From positions 6,485 through 70,484 of IMG/VR virus record IMGVR_UViG_2667527408_000002: a stretch of 64,000 nt of DNA; one strand, given 5' to 3'. The translations under genes were made by a program, and so were the position numbers. The notes beneath the pieces were generated by a model. It did no database searches. It saw nothing but the letters and a program-made list of their open reading frames with translations, and was not told where the DNA came from. Numbering within the stretch: the first letter of the stretch is position 1; each line of letters begins with the position of its first letter. This DNA is from a virus. Its lineage: Duplodnaviria > Caudoviricetes. Shown in pieces: positions 10,334 through 20,140 of this stretch.

Positions 10334-10360
10334 GCTCACGCTCGGCTCTCTTTTCGAATA
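10326..10360 (+). pseudogene. N-terminal stub of a C5 cytosine methyltransferase
   Basis: MNKLTLGSLF (start of motif I), coupled to upstream stop, then loses similarity. Confidence 0.6.
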
Positions 10361-10531
10361 CAAAGATGCCATGCCATGCGTCTGTTTTGTACTGTCCGGC
10401 ATTGTGTTATCTACACAAAAACCGCCGAATAATGGGTACAGTATTCTACACAAAAATCGCATAAAACCGTTGCTATATAAGCGGTTTAGAGTGATTAATG
10501 TAATACCGAAAAAAGAAAGGCGGTTTGAAAA

Positions 10532-11518
10532 ATGAAACTCAAATACAATGTAACAGGCAGCGAACGCAAATCACTGGTCGGAGCAATCAGCACGGCGCTT
10601 GGTGCCCCAACTAATTACCTCGGTGCTCCTACCTTTTCCTACGAGGTCGGCAGTTATCACATCGACAAGAACGGAACACTTGCGGGTCCAGACAACCTTG
10701 ACTTGGAGGACGCGCTCCACCAGGCAGGCTTTGATGCAGACGGTAACAGCCGCAAGTATGACGAACCTGACACCTACGAAAGCAACCTTGGTGTCATGGG
10801 TGCACCGGATGAGGCTCCAGATATTGACCAGCACCACCCCGGGCAGTATGCAGATCTGGAAATTCCGTTCACACCCGAAATGCAAAAACAGATTGACGAT
10901 TATTTTCTCAGCCTTCCGATGACCGAGGAAGAAGAACTGGGGCTCGGGCGCACCCACCGGGAGGATTTCCACGGCGAGAACGGTATGCAAGCAAGCGATG
11001 TCCCAGAATCCGATGAGGACATCGGGCTGATGATTGAAATGCCGCGCTCCTCTTTCACCGAAACGGCACTCGACAACCTCAAGCGGCTGGTCGAAAGCAA
11101 AGGCAGCCTTATTAAAAAGGCCCTCGGTGCGGAAACGCTCGAACTTGAAATAACAGATGACAAGGTGCGGTTCCCTTGGTTTGAGGACGGCACCGATGCA
11201 GATGCAGTCAAGGCATACACACATTTTGTGGCTGCACTCTGCGAGATGGCAAGAGTGCAAAAGCGCATCACGGCAAAGGAAAAGGAAACCGACAACGACA
11301 AATATGCTTTCCGCTGCTTTCTCCTGCGGCTCGGCTTCATAGGCTCGGCATACAAAGAGGAACGGAAAATTCTGCTCCGCAACCTCTCCGGCAGTTCGGC
11401 TTTCAAAGACGGTCAGAAAAAAGGCTTCTCGCAGGACGACCTTGATAAAGCAAAAGCCGACCCTGCTGTATGCGCCGAAATTAAAGCTATTTTGGGAGGA
11501 ACCGACGATGAACAATAA
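10532..11518 (+). CDS. Phage 'virulence-related'-type hypothetical protein
   Basis: YLGAPTF.Y N-terminus; KYAFRCFLLRLGFIG..YKEERKILL.NLSGSSAF C-terminus. Confidence 0.75.
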   Translation: MKLKYNVTGSERKSLVGAISTALGAPTNYLGAPTFSYEVGSYHIDKNGTLAGPDNLDLEDALHQAGFDADGNSRKYDEPDTYESNLGVMGAPDEAPDIDQHHPGQYADLEIPFTPEMQKQIDDYFLSLPMTEEEELGLGRTHREDFHGENGMQASDVPESDEDIGLMIEMPRSSFTETALDNLKRLVESKGSLIKKALGAETLELEITDDKVRFPWFEDGTDADAVKAYTHFVAALCEMARVQKRITAKEKETDNDKYAFRCFLLRLGFIGSAYKEERKILLRNLSGSSAFKDGQKKGFSQDDLDKAKADPAVCAEIKAILGGTDDEQ

Positions 11519-11744
11519 TTTTCCATCAAGAGAAACAGTCGAGCGTATCCTAAAGCAGTATCCGGTCGGCTGCCGTGTGGAGCTTCTCCGTATGGACGAT
11601 GTCCAAGCGCCGCCAATCGGGACAAAAGGCACCGTGCGGTATGTGGACGACCTCGGCAGCCTGGGTGTTGCGTGGGACAACGGGAGTTCGCTCCAAGTAG
11701 TCTACGGTGAGGACCTTTGCAGGAAATGCGACGATGACAAATAA
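11508..11744 (+). CDS. DUF4314-like protein
   Basis: YPVGCRVEL..MDD..APPIGTKGTV..VDD.G...V.WDNG. Confidence 0.8.
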   Translation: MNNNFPSRETVERILKQYPVGCRVELLRMDDVQAPPIGTKGTVRYVDDLGSLGVAWDNGSSLQVVYGEDLCRKCDDDK

Positions 11745-11910
11745 GGTGCGTGAGCAAATCCTTGTCATCCGCCATACCGGGCTGACAAATATGTTTGATG
11801 TCAATACCGTTCAGCGCATTGCCCATGAAATGAACTTCTTTGAGCTGGTGGTTTTCCTTGAAGAGCATAAGGACCAATATGTCCACTTTATCCTCACAGG
11901 AGAAGAATAA
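11734..11910 (+). CDS. DUF5049-like small protein
   Basis: IR.TGLTNMFDV..VQRIA. Confidence 0.75.
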   Translation: MTNKVREQILVIRHTGLTNMFDVNTVQRIAHEMNFFELVVFLEEHKDQYVHFILTGEE

Positions 11911-12063
11911 CGGCTGTAAACTACACAATTGCGGTAACCGAAATGCTCTGAAAGATTGTACAGTATACGCTGGTTTATATGGGGTAATTGACTTGCTATT
12001 ATCCTCTTTTAGAGCGAATATGTACCTACCGAAATGGAAAACACACAAACGGAGGAAACAAAA

Positions 12064-12243
12064 ATGACCGAAAAACAGATTAAGCAAATTGAAAGCCAAC
12101 TGCCGCAGGGCGAGAAAATCGACAGAATGTACTCAGCTTTTGAAGGCGGCATTCGAGTGATTACCAAAAACGCCGACGGCTGTGAAATCCGCTACAACGT
12201 GAGCTTCGATGCCGACAGCAATGCCAGCATCAAGAGATTTTAA
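12064..12243 (+). CDS. Small hypothetical protein
   Basis: GGAGG RBS and its own promoter-like motif. Confidence 0.65.
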   Translation: MTEKQIKQIESQLPQGEKIDRMYSAFEGGIRVITKNADGCEIRYNVSFDADSNASIKRF

Positions 12244-12256
12244 GGAGGACGCGGCG

Positions 12257-12484
12257 ATGTGGAAAGAAGGAAGCCTGAAAATTCACGACAGCGTTTTTCA
12301 TTACTGGATGAAGCAGTACGACGAAGGTTCGCAATTTGGTATCGACGGCGGCAGAATCAGCAAGCTGATGCTCAAGCGTAACGGCGAGGTCGTGTGCAAC
12401 TATGACAGAGGCTGGGATGTGGAACCCTCCGACCCAGACACACAGCTTGCCTTTGAACTTCTGCTGCACAGCGAAAACTACTAA
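12257..12484 (+). CDS. Small phage protein (GRISKL...YDRGWD family)
   Basis: AAGGAGG RBS; recurrent phage motif. Confidence 0.75.
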   Translation: MWKEGSLKIHDSVFHYWMKQYDEGSQFGIDGGRISKLMLKRNGEVVCNYDRGWDVEPSDPDTQLAFELLLHSENY

Positions 12485-12600
12485 CCCACGCTAATAAGAT
12501 AGCCGAGATTCCGCCCTGCATGGGGCTGTATCTCGTACAGATAAATTTTGAAGGACTGCCGATGGCGGTCTATTTTTATGCCCGGAAGGAGGCGGTCGAT

Positions 12601-14202
12601 ATCCGTAAACTAAAAAAGTATAAATCGACACGGTTTAAGGCCACGGATTCCGTTTACGACAAAACCGCCGCCGACTATGCCGTAGCTTTTGTCGAAGCAC
12701 TTTGCCATACCAAAGGCACCTGGGCGGGCAAACCATTTGAACTGATCGATTGGCAGGAACAGATTATCCGTGATATTTTTGGAACCCTCAAACCCAATGG
12801 CTACCGCCAGTTCAATACCGCCTATGTAGAAATTCCGAAGAAAATGGGAAAAAGTGAGCTTGCGGCAGCTGTTGCCCTGTTGCTCACCTGCGGCGATGAT
12901 GAGGAACGCGCCGAGGTCTATGGATGTGCCGCAGACCGAAATCAAGCGTCCATTGTTTTCAACGTGGCAGCAGATATGGTGCGAATGTGTCCGGCGCTCT
13001 CAAAGCGTGTCAAAATACTGGATGCAACCAAGCGGCTCATCTATCAGCCGACTGGGAGCATCTATCAGGTGCTGTCCGCCGACGTCGGAAACAAGCACGG
13101 CTTTAACACCCACGGTGTGGTATTCGATGAGCTGCACACCCAGCCGAACAGAAAATTATATGACGTCATGACCAAGGGAAGCGGTGACGCCCGGATGCAG
13201 CCGCTGTACTTTCTGATCACAACAGCCGGTGACAACCAGAACAGCATCTGCTGGGAAGTACACCAGAAGGCGCTGGATATCATAAACGGCAGAAAACACG
13301 ACTCGACATTCTATCCGGTGATTTACGGCGCGGCGCAGGAAGACGATTGGACAGACCCCAAGGTGTGGAAAAAAGCAAATCCCTCCCTCGGCATCACGGT
13401 AGGCATGGATAAAGTCAGAGCTGCATTTGAGTCAGCAAAGCAGAACCCCGCCGAGGAAAACAGTTTCCGGCAGCTTCGTCTGAACCAATGGGTAAAGCAG
13501 GCGGTGCGCTGGATGCCGATGGATAAATGGGACGCCTGCGCATTCCCCGTGGATGAAAAATTGCTTGAAGGGCGGGTCTGCTACGGTGGCCTTGACCTCT
13601 CGTCCTCTACCGATATCACGGCATTCGTGTTGGTGTTCCCGCCGGAAGATGAGGCAGATAAATACGCTATACTGCCGTACTTCTGGATACCGGAGGACAA
13701 TATCGACCTGCGTGTTCGGCGCGACCATGTAAATTACGACGTTTGGAAAAAGCAAGACTTTCTGCAAACCACCGAGGGCAATGTAGTACATTACGGCTAC
13801 ATCGAGCAGTTCATTGAAACCCTCGGCGAGAAGTACAATATCCGTGAAATTGCTTTTGACCGCTGGGGCGCTGTGCAAATGACGCAGAATCTTGAAACGC
13901 TCGGATTCTCGGTCGTGCCGTTCGGACAGGGCTTTAAGGATATGAGCTCTCCGACCAAAGAACTGATGAAGCTGACGCTAGAAGAAAAGCTCGCCCACGG
14001 CGGCCACCCAGTGCTTCGCTGGATGATGGACAACATCTATATTCGCACCGACCCGGCTGGAAATATCAAAGCAGATAAGGAAAAATCCACAGAGAAAATC
14101 GACGGCGCAGTCGCTACTATTATGGCGCTCGACCGGGCAATTCGGTGCGGCAACGATACGGGCCAAAGCGTGTATGACACACGCGGACTGCTCGTTTTTT
14201 AA
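12601..14202 (+). CDS. Terminase large subunit (start possibly ATC)
   Basis: PKKMGKSEL Walker A, FDELH, ITTAG, GLDLS, KIDGAVA. Confidence 0.93.
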   Translation: MRKLKKYKSTRFKATDSVYDKTAADYAVAFVEALCHTKGTWAGKPFELIDWQEQIIRDIFGTLKPNGYRQFNTAYVEIPKKMGKSELAAAVALLLTCGDDEERAEVYGCAADRNQASIVFNVAADMVRMCPALSKRVKILDATKRLIYQPTGSIYQVLSADVGNKHGFNTHGVVFDELHTQPNRKLYDVMTKGSGDARMQPLYFLITTAGDNQNSICWEVHQKALDIINGRKHDSTFYPVIYGAAQEDDWTDPKVWKKANPSLGITVGMDKVRAAFESAKQNPAEENSFRQLRLNQWVKQAVRWMPMDKWDACAFPVDEKLLEGRVCYGGLDLSSSTDITAFVLVFPPEDEADKYAILPYFWIPEDNIDLRVRRDHVNYDVWKKQDFLQTTEGNVVHYGYIEQFIETLGEKYNIREIAFDRWGAVQMTQNLETLGFSVVPFGQGFKDMSSPTKELMKLTLEEKLAHGGHPVLRWMMDNIYIRTDPAGNIKADKEKSTEKIDGAVATIMALDRAIRCGNDTGQSVYDTRGLLVF

Positions 14203-14218
14203 TTGGAGGGAACTGCCT

Positions 14219-15535
14219 ATGAACATCTTTCAAGGAATTTTCAAAGCCCGTGATAAGCCTAAGAACTTAGGCAGCACCAGCTTTTTGTGGGGCGGCTCGT
14301 CCTCCGGCAAGGTAGTCAATGAAAGAACAGCCATGCAAATGACTGCGGTTTATTCTTGCGTCCGTATATTATCCGAAGCAATCGCGGGGCTTCCGCTGTT
14401 TGTGTATAAATACGGCGACGACGGCAGCAAGGACAAACATCTCGACCACCCGCTGTGGCGTGTACTGCACGACGAGCCAAACCCGGAAATGACGTCGTTT
14501 GTTTTCCGGGAGACGATGATGAATCATCTGTTGCTGACAGGCAATGCCTACGCCCAGATTATCCGAAACGCTCGCGGCGACGTTGTGGCGCTGTATCCCC
14601 TCATGCCAGACCGTATGACCGTGGACAGAGATTCACAAGGTCGGCTGTATTACCGCTACAGAAAAAATAGCGATGACGCGCCAGAGGTCAGCAGGAACAA
14701 GCCGAGCGATGTTATCCTCGCTCCAAGCGATGTGCTACACATTCTCGGTTTAGGCTTTGACGGACTGGTCGGCTACTCGCCGATTGCAATGGCAAAAAAC
14801 GCCGTAGGGCTCGCTATTGCCGCCGAGGAATACGGCGCTAAATTTTTCGCCAACGGCGCAGCACCCAGCGGCGTGTTGGAGCACCCCGGCACCATAAAGG
14901 ACCCGGAGCGGATAAGGCAAAGCTGGCAGTCCACCTTTGGCGGCAGCGTCAACAGCAACAAAATCGCCGTGCTTGAGGAAGGACTTAAGTATACGCCCAT
15001 TGCCATTTCACCCGAACAGGCGCAGTTTTTGGAGACACGAAAATTTCAGATCAATGAGATAGCTCGAATTTTCAGGGTCCCGCCCCATATGTTGGCGGAT
15101 CTCGAGAAGTCGAGCTTTTCTAATATTGAGCAACAGTCACTGGAATTTGTGAAATACACACTCGACCCGTGGGTCGTTCGCTGGGAACAGGCAATGAACA
15201 AGTCGCTCCTGCTCGAAAGCGAAAAGCGTGATGTGTTTACAAAATTCAATGTGGATGGCTTGCTTCGCGGCGACTATGCAAGCCGCATGACAGGTTACGC
15301 GACAGCACGGCAGAACGGCTGGATGAGCGCAAACGATATCAGACAGCTTGAAAACCTCGACCGGATACCGGCGGAACTCGGCGGCGATCTTTACCTCATC
15401 AATGGCGCAATGACCAAATTGCAGGACGCTGGCGCGTTCGCAAACACAACTATAACAGAAACGGAGGAACCCTCAGATGGACAAAGCAATACGGGCAGTA
15501 AGCCCAAACAAGTCCCTCGGCAAAGCAAGCAATAA
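14219..15535 (+). CDS. Portal protein (HK97 family)
   Basis: AVYSCVRI, GNAYAQI, G.SPI, EIARIFRVPP. Confidence 0.93.
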   Translation: MNIFQGIFKARDKPKNLGSTSFLWGGSSSGKVVNERTAMQMTAVYSCVRILSEAIAGLPLFVYKYGDDGSKDKHLDHPLWRVLHDEPNPEMTSFVFRETMMNHLLLTGNAYAQIIRNARGDVVALYPLMPDRMTVDRDSQGRLYYRYRKNSDDAPEVSRNKPSDVILAPSDVLHILGLGFDGLVGYSPIAMAKNAVGLAIAAEEYGAKFFANGAAPSGVLEHPGTIKDPERIRQSWQSTFGGSVNSNKIAVLEEGLKYTPIAISPEQAQFLETRKFQINEIARIFRVPPHMLADLEKSSFSNIEQQSLEFVKYTLDPWVVRWEQAMNKSLLLESEKRDVFTKFNVDGLLRGDYASRMTGYATARQNGWMSANDIRQLENLDRIPAELGGDLYLINGAMTKLQDAGAFANTTITETEEPSDGQSNTGSKPKQVPRQSKQ

Positions 15536-16253
15536 GCACTTCTGGAACTGGGACAAAGACGAGGAATTAGGCGTCAGGACCCTTTATCTCGACGGAACCA
15601 TTGCAGACGAAAGCTGGTGGGACGATGAAATCACACCCAGGATGTTCAAAGATGAGCTGCTTTCCGGTAGCGGAGACATCGTTGTGTGGATTAACTCGCC
15701 TGGTGGGGACTGCGTGGCAGCTTCTCAGATTTACGCCATGCTCATGGACTACACAGGCAATGTCACCGTAAAAATTGACGGTCTGGCGGCGAGCGCCGCT
15801 TCGGTTATCGCAATGGCAGGTACGCAGGTGCTCATGGCTCCAACAGCGCTGCTCATGATTCACAATCCAATGTCAATTGCTATCGGAGATACCGAAGAAA
15901 TGCAAAAAGCCATCGCCATGCTGGACGAAGTCAAGGAATCCATCATCAACGCTTATGAAATCAAGACCGGGCAGTCGCGAGCGAAAATCTCGCATCTCAT
16001 GGACGGTGAAACCTGGATGAATGCGAATAAGGCTATCGAGCTGGGCTTCGCAGACGGCATCTTGGAGGACTCCAAGCGCGGTCATACCGAAGATGTGGTC
16101 TTTGCGTTTTCCCGCAGGGCGGTTACCAATTCACTTATGAACAAGCTCGTCTCTAAATCTGCTCCGAAGCCGGAGCAAAAGAAGAATGATGCGCCGGTCG
16201 GCGTTTCCATCGAAGTGGCTATGCAGAAACTGCAAGCCCGTAAATACATTTGA
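15477..16253 (+). CDS. ClpP-type prohead protease
   Basis: INSPGGD, AASAAS, MIHNP, ETWM.A..AIELGFAD. Confidence 0.92.
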   Translation: MDKAIRAVSPNKSLGKASNKHFWNWDKDEELGVRTLYLDGTIADESWWDDEITPRMFKDELLSGSGDIVVWINSPGGDCVAASQIYAMLMDYTGNVTVKIDGLAASAASVIAMAGTQVLMAPTALLMIHNPMSIAIGDTEEMQKAIAMLDEVKESIINAYEIKTGQSRAKISHLMDGETWMNANKAIELGFADGILEDSKRGHTEDVVFAFSRRAVTNSLMNKLVSKSAPKPEQKKNDAPVGVSIEVAMQKLQARKYI

Positions 16254-16268
16254 CGGAGGTATTTGATT

Positions 16269-17450
16269 ATGAAAAAAGTACTTGAAATGCGTGAAAAACG
16301 CGCAAAGGCATGGGACGCGGCAAAGGCGTTTCTGGACACTCGCGCCAAGGACGGCGTCCTCTCTCCCGAAGACAACGCGACCTATGACAAGATGCTCGCG
16401 GATGTGGACGCAATGGCGCATCAGATTGCCATTGAGGAAGACCGCGTGGCAAGAGACGCCGCTATGGCTCAGCCGACCAGCTCTCCCATTACGGCAAAAC
16501 CCAATGCACAGAACGGAAAACCCATCAGTCCCAGAGCGACCGCTGAATACCGTGAGGATTTCTTAAACCTCGTGCGCGGTAAGCGACCGATTCACAACGT
16601 TATGGAGGAAGGCACTCCTTCAACCGGCGGCTATATCGTTCCGGTGGAATTCGACAGCACCCTTGTGCAGGCGCTTGCCCGTGAGAATGTAATTCGTTCT
16701 CTGGCAAAAGTCATCACCACCGCTGCACCGCACAGAATTAACGTAGCACTCACCGATGTGTCTGCCGACTGGGTAGCAGAAAGTGGTACGTTTACGCCCA
16801 GCACTCCCACCTTCAATCAGCTATCCCTCGACGCTTTTACGCTTCGTGCGGCAGCACTGGTTTCGGAGGAACTGCTTCAGGACTCTATGTTTGATCTCGA
16901 AGCCTACCTCATCGACAACTTCGCCCGCGCTTTTGCAGCGAAGGAAGAGCAGGCATTCTGCGTCGGTACCGGCAGTGGTCAGCCCACCGGCATTTTCACC
17001 GCGAATGGCGGCGACGTCGGCGTGACCACCGCAACTGCGGCGGATATAAAAGCTGATGAAATCATCGACCTAACCTATTCCCTCAAGGACGGTTACAAGA
17101 AAAATGCCGCGTTTGTTTTGAGCAGCGCCACTCTCGCGGGCATCCGCAAACTGAAGGATGGCAACGGCGCATATATGTGGCAGCCGTCGCTGCAGGCAGG
17201 TCAGCCTGATCGTCTGCTCGGTTTCCCGGTGTATGTCTCCCAGTATGCTCCGACCATCGCGGCAGGTGCATATACCGTTGCTTTCGGTGACTTCCAGAAC
17301 TACTGGATTGCTGACCGCAGCGGCAGAACCGTGCGCCGTGCGGATGAACTGCATATCGCCAACCTGCAGACCGGCTTCTACGCTTTCCAACGTGTGGACG
17401 GCAAGACTGTACTGCCCGAAGGCATCAAGCTGCTCAAGCAGCACGCTTAA
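16269..17450 (+). CDS. Major capsid protein (HK97 family)
   Basis: Coiled N-terminus, GGYIVP, VSEELLQDS, LKDGNG.YMWQP, FGDF. Confidence 0.93.
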   Translation: MKKVLEMREKRAKAWDAAKAFLDTRAKDGVLSPEDNATYDKMLADVDAMAHQIAIEEDRVARDAAMAQPTSSPITAKPNAQNGKPISPRATAEYREDFLNLVRGKRPIHNVMEEGTPSTGGYIVPVEFDSTLVQALARENVIRSLAKVITTAAPHRINVALTDVSADWVAESGTFTPSTPTFNQLSLDAFTLRAAALVSEELLQDSMFDLEAYLIDNFARAFAAKEEQAFCVGTGSGQPTGIFTANGGDVGVTTATAADIKADEIIDLTYSLKDGYKKNAAFVLSSATLAGIRKLKDGNGAYMWQPSLQAGQPDRLLGFPVYVSQYAPTIAAGAYTVAFGDFQNYWIADRSGRTVRRADELHIANLQTGFYAFQRVDGKTVLPEGIKLLKQHA

Positions 17451-17463
17451 GGAGGGCTGATCT

Positions 17464-17682
17464 ATGAGTGACTATAACGCAAAAAACTATACCGAACAGG
17501 GTGGAGAAAAAACCGTCATCGGTGGAACGTTGGAAATCAAGGAGGGAGCCTCGGTAACGGGGCTTCCTATTGCAGAAAATCAGGCGGACAGCACCGCCAC
17601 CGATGCCGCCGGTCTGGTTACAGATTTCAATGCCCTGCTTGCCAAGCTGAAAGCGGCTGGTCTGATGGCGGTGGACGAATAA
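17464..17682 (+). CDS. Head fiber/decoration protein
   Basis: QADSTATD..GLV.DFNALLAKLKAAGLM. Confidence 0.75.
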   Translation: MSDYNAKNYTEQGGEKTVIGGTLEIKEGASVTGLPIAENQADSTATDAAGLVTDFNALLAKLKAAGLMAVDE

Positions 17683-17701
17683 TGACAAGGAGGCGGACGG
17701 C

Positions 17702-18019
17702 ATGACGACAGATAATCTTCTACCCAAAGTCAAAGCGCACCTTATTTTGTCATACGACGAGGACGACGGCCTGCTGCTGAGCTATATTGCCGCCGCCGTC
17801 TCCTATGCCGAAAGTTACCAGCACGTTGCTAAGGGCTATTATGAGGAAACTTCCATGCCGCCCGCCACAGAACAGGCTGTGATTATGCTGTCTAGCCACT
17901 TTTACGAAAGTCGGGACGGCAGTACAGCCGGCTTTTTTGGCGATAGTGTGCAGGCGGGGCAGCAGGTGTGGGATACGGTCAATATGCTTCTTCGGCTTGA
18001 CCGGGATTGGAAGGTGTGA
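17702..18019 (+). CDS. Head-tail connector (gp6-like)
   Basis: KVKAHL...DEDD.LL; QAVIMLSSHFYESR. Confidence 0.85.
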   Translation: MTTDNLLPKVKAHLILSYDEDDGLLLSYIAAAVSYAESYQHVAKGYYEETSMPPATEQAVIMLSSHFYESRDGSTAGFFGDSVQAGQQVWDTVNMLLRLDRDWKV

Positions 18020-18357
18020 TGATGAGCTACGGCAAAATGAACACCTTTATTGATATCGTCTCCACCGCTCCGGTGAAGGATGCGGACGGATTTGTTATTA
18101 ATGGCGACCATATTGTCGCTTCTGTCCGCGCATACAAAGAGGACCGCCACGGAAACGAGCGGTGGGCAAACATGGCTGCGTTCAGCGAAGCGACGGCCCT
18201 CTTCCGTTTTCGGAAGATTCCCGACGTAGATATAACGACCTCTCTGTTTATCGTCTGCGGCGGTGAGCAATATCAAATTATCAGCGCAGAGGATGTTCGC
18301 GGGCGCGGGATGTATGTCGAGGTGCTCGCGGAAAAGCAGGAAGGGACGGTCAGGTAA
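18019..18357 (+). CDS. Head closure / head-tail adaptor
   Basis: Size and position in the neck module. Confidence 0.75.
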   Translation: MMSYGKMNTFIDIVSTAPVKDADGFVINGDHIVASVRAYKEDRHGNERWANMAAFSEATALFRFRKIPDVDITTSLFIVCGGEQYQIISAEDVRGRGMYVEVLAEKQEGTVR

Positions 18358-18788
18358 TGGGAAAAGTTCAAATACAAATGCCAGAGGAATTTCTTTTGAA
18401 GGTTTCTAGGATAGCTGACCAGACAGACATAATAATCCCCAAGGTGCTGGAAGCTGGCGGCGAGGTTGTTCTATCCAAAGTGAAATCTAATCTGTCAAGT
18501 GTGGTCGGCAGCGACACAAAGAAAAAAAGCCGCTCCACCGGAGAACTGGAACGCTCCCTCGGACTCTCTCCCGCCAAGCAGAACCGGGATGGTAACTGGG
18601 ATGTTAAAATCGGTTTTGCCGAGCCGCGCTCTGACGGGAATTCCAACGCCAAAATTGCCAACATTCTCGAATACGGTAAATCCGGGCAGCCGCCCAAGCC
18701 TTTTTTAAAGCCTGCAAGAAATCAGAGCAAAAGCGCCTGCATTGAAACCATGAAGTCAAAGCTTCAGGAGGAGGTCGACGGAATATGA
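18357..18788 (+). CDS. HK97 gp10-like neck protein
   Basis: TGELERS, LEYG..GQPPKPFLKPA. Confidence 0.85.
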   Translation: MGKVQIQMPEEFLLKVSRIADQTDIIIPKVLEAGGEVVLSKVKSNLSSVVGSDTKKKSRSTGELERSLGLSPAKQNRDGNWDVKIGFAEPRSDGNSNAKIANILEYGKSGQPPKPFLKPARNQSKSACIETMKSKLQEEVDGI

Positions 18789-19123
18789 GCATTTTAACAG
18801 AATTGAACACGTTGCTTTTGCCTGTTCTTCCTGTGGAGACAGGCGTTTTTTCTGGCGTTCCTCCCGACGAATACCTTGTATTTACACCGATGACGGACGA
18901 ATTTGCCCTGTTTGGAAATAACACACCGATCTTCGAACTATCCGAAGTGCGGATTTCGCTGTTTTCTAAAGGCAACTACCTCCAGAGGAAAAGGCAGATA
19001 ACATCGCTGCTTCTGGGAGCAGAATTTACGATTACTGACCGCCGGTACATCGGCCATGAGGACGATACTGGCTACCACCACTACGCCATTGATGTGGAAA
19101 AATCATACGAAACGGAGGAATAA
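18785..19123 (+). CDS. Tail completion/terminator protein
   Basis: Position before major tail gene; EDDTGYHHYAID. Confidence 0.75.
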   Translation: MSILTELNTLLLPVLPVETGVFSGVPPDEYLVFTPMTDEFALFGNNTPIFELSEVRISLFSKGNYLQRKRQITSLLLGAEFTITDRRYIGHEDDTGYHHYAIDVEKSYETEE

Positions 19124-19126
19124 ATT

Positions 19127-19717
19127 ATGGCGACAATCGGTCTTGATAAACTATATTACTCAAAGATAACCGAGGATTCCAACGGCGAAGAAACCTACTC
19201 TACGCCTTTGGTGCTTGCCAAAGCCATCACTGCCGAACTCTCGGTGGAACTGGTTGAGGCAATATTATACGCTGACGACGGTGCCGCCGAAGTGGTGAAA
19301 GACTTCAACAGCGGTACGCTCACACTCGGCGTTGACGACATCGGCCCCACGGCAGCGGCAGATCTGACCGGCGCATCCACAGACGATAATGGTGTACTGA
19401 TCTCTGCCAGTGAAAATGTGGGAACGCCTGTCGCGGTAGGCTTCCGCGCAAAGAAAGCGAACGGTACCTACCGCTATTTCTGGCTTTACCGCGTGAAATT
19501 CGGCCTGCCCGCGACCAATCTGCAGACCAAGGCAGATTCCATCACCTTCTCCACACCGACAATCGAAGGAACGGTCATGCGCCGCAACAAACTGGACGCT
19601 TTTGGTAAGCACCCGTGGAAGGCGGAGGTTACCGAAGGTGACGCCGGAGTTGCTTCCGCCACAATCACCGGCTGGTTTACCGAGGTTTACGAACCGGTCT
19701 ACACGCCGGTACCATAA
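19127..19717 (+). CDS. Major tail protein (phi13 family)
   Basis: IGLDKLYY, LYADDG, VAVGFR, YRYFWLYRVKF. Confidence 0.9.
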   Translation: MATIGLDKLYYSKITEDSNGEETYSTPLVLAKAITAELSVELVEAILYADDGAAEVVKDFNSGTLTLGVDDIGPTAAADLTGASTDDNGVLISASENVGTPVAVGFRAKKANGTYRYFWLYRVKFGLPATNLQTKADSITFSTPTIEGTVMRRNKLDAFGKHPWKAEVTEGDAGVASATITGWFTEVYEPVYTPVP

Positions 19718-19729
19718 GGAGGATGCAGA

Positions 19730-20140
19730 ATGGATAACGTCATTTATACAAACACCGCTGAAAGAAGCGCCGCTATCAATATCGGCGGCAAGGAATATGA
19801 ACTGGTACTGACCACCCGCGCGACCAAGGCGATTGCAGGACGGTACGGTGGACTTGAAAACCTCGGCGAAAAGCTGATGAAATCAGAAAATTTTGAGATG
19901 GCATTGGATGAGATTGTGTGGCTTCTGACTTTACTTGCCAACCAATCCATCTTGATTCGCAACCTTAAGAATAAGAACGTACCGGAAGAATTGCTCACTG
20001 AGGAAGAGGTAGAACTTCTCACCTCGCCGCTTGATTTGGCGGCATACAAAAATGCGATTACAGAAGCGATGTTCAAGGGTACCAAGCGCAATGTGGAAAG
20101 TGAGGATGATACCTCCTTAAAAAACGCGGAAGTCGAGTAA
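19730..20140 (+). CDS. Tail assembly chaperone (gpG-like)
   Basis: Between major tail and tape measure genes; ends with slippery A AAA AAC. Confidence 0.8.
   Translation: MDNVIYTNTAERSAAINIGGKEYELVLTTRATKAIAGRYGGLENLGEKLMKSENFEMALDEIVWLLTLLANQSILIRNLKNKNVPEELLTEEEVELLTSPLDLAAYKNAITEAMFKGTKRNVESEDDTSLKNAEVE

Noticed and set aside
10314-10535. 73-aa ORF as a real protein
   Set aside because: Appears to be the methyltransferase stub running through promoter sequence
10571-11680. 369-aa minus-strand ORF, and similar shadow ORFs such as 4522-5184, 11413-12099 and 45562-46368
   Set aside because: Antisense to well-supported genes and lacking recognisable motifs
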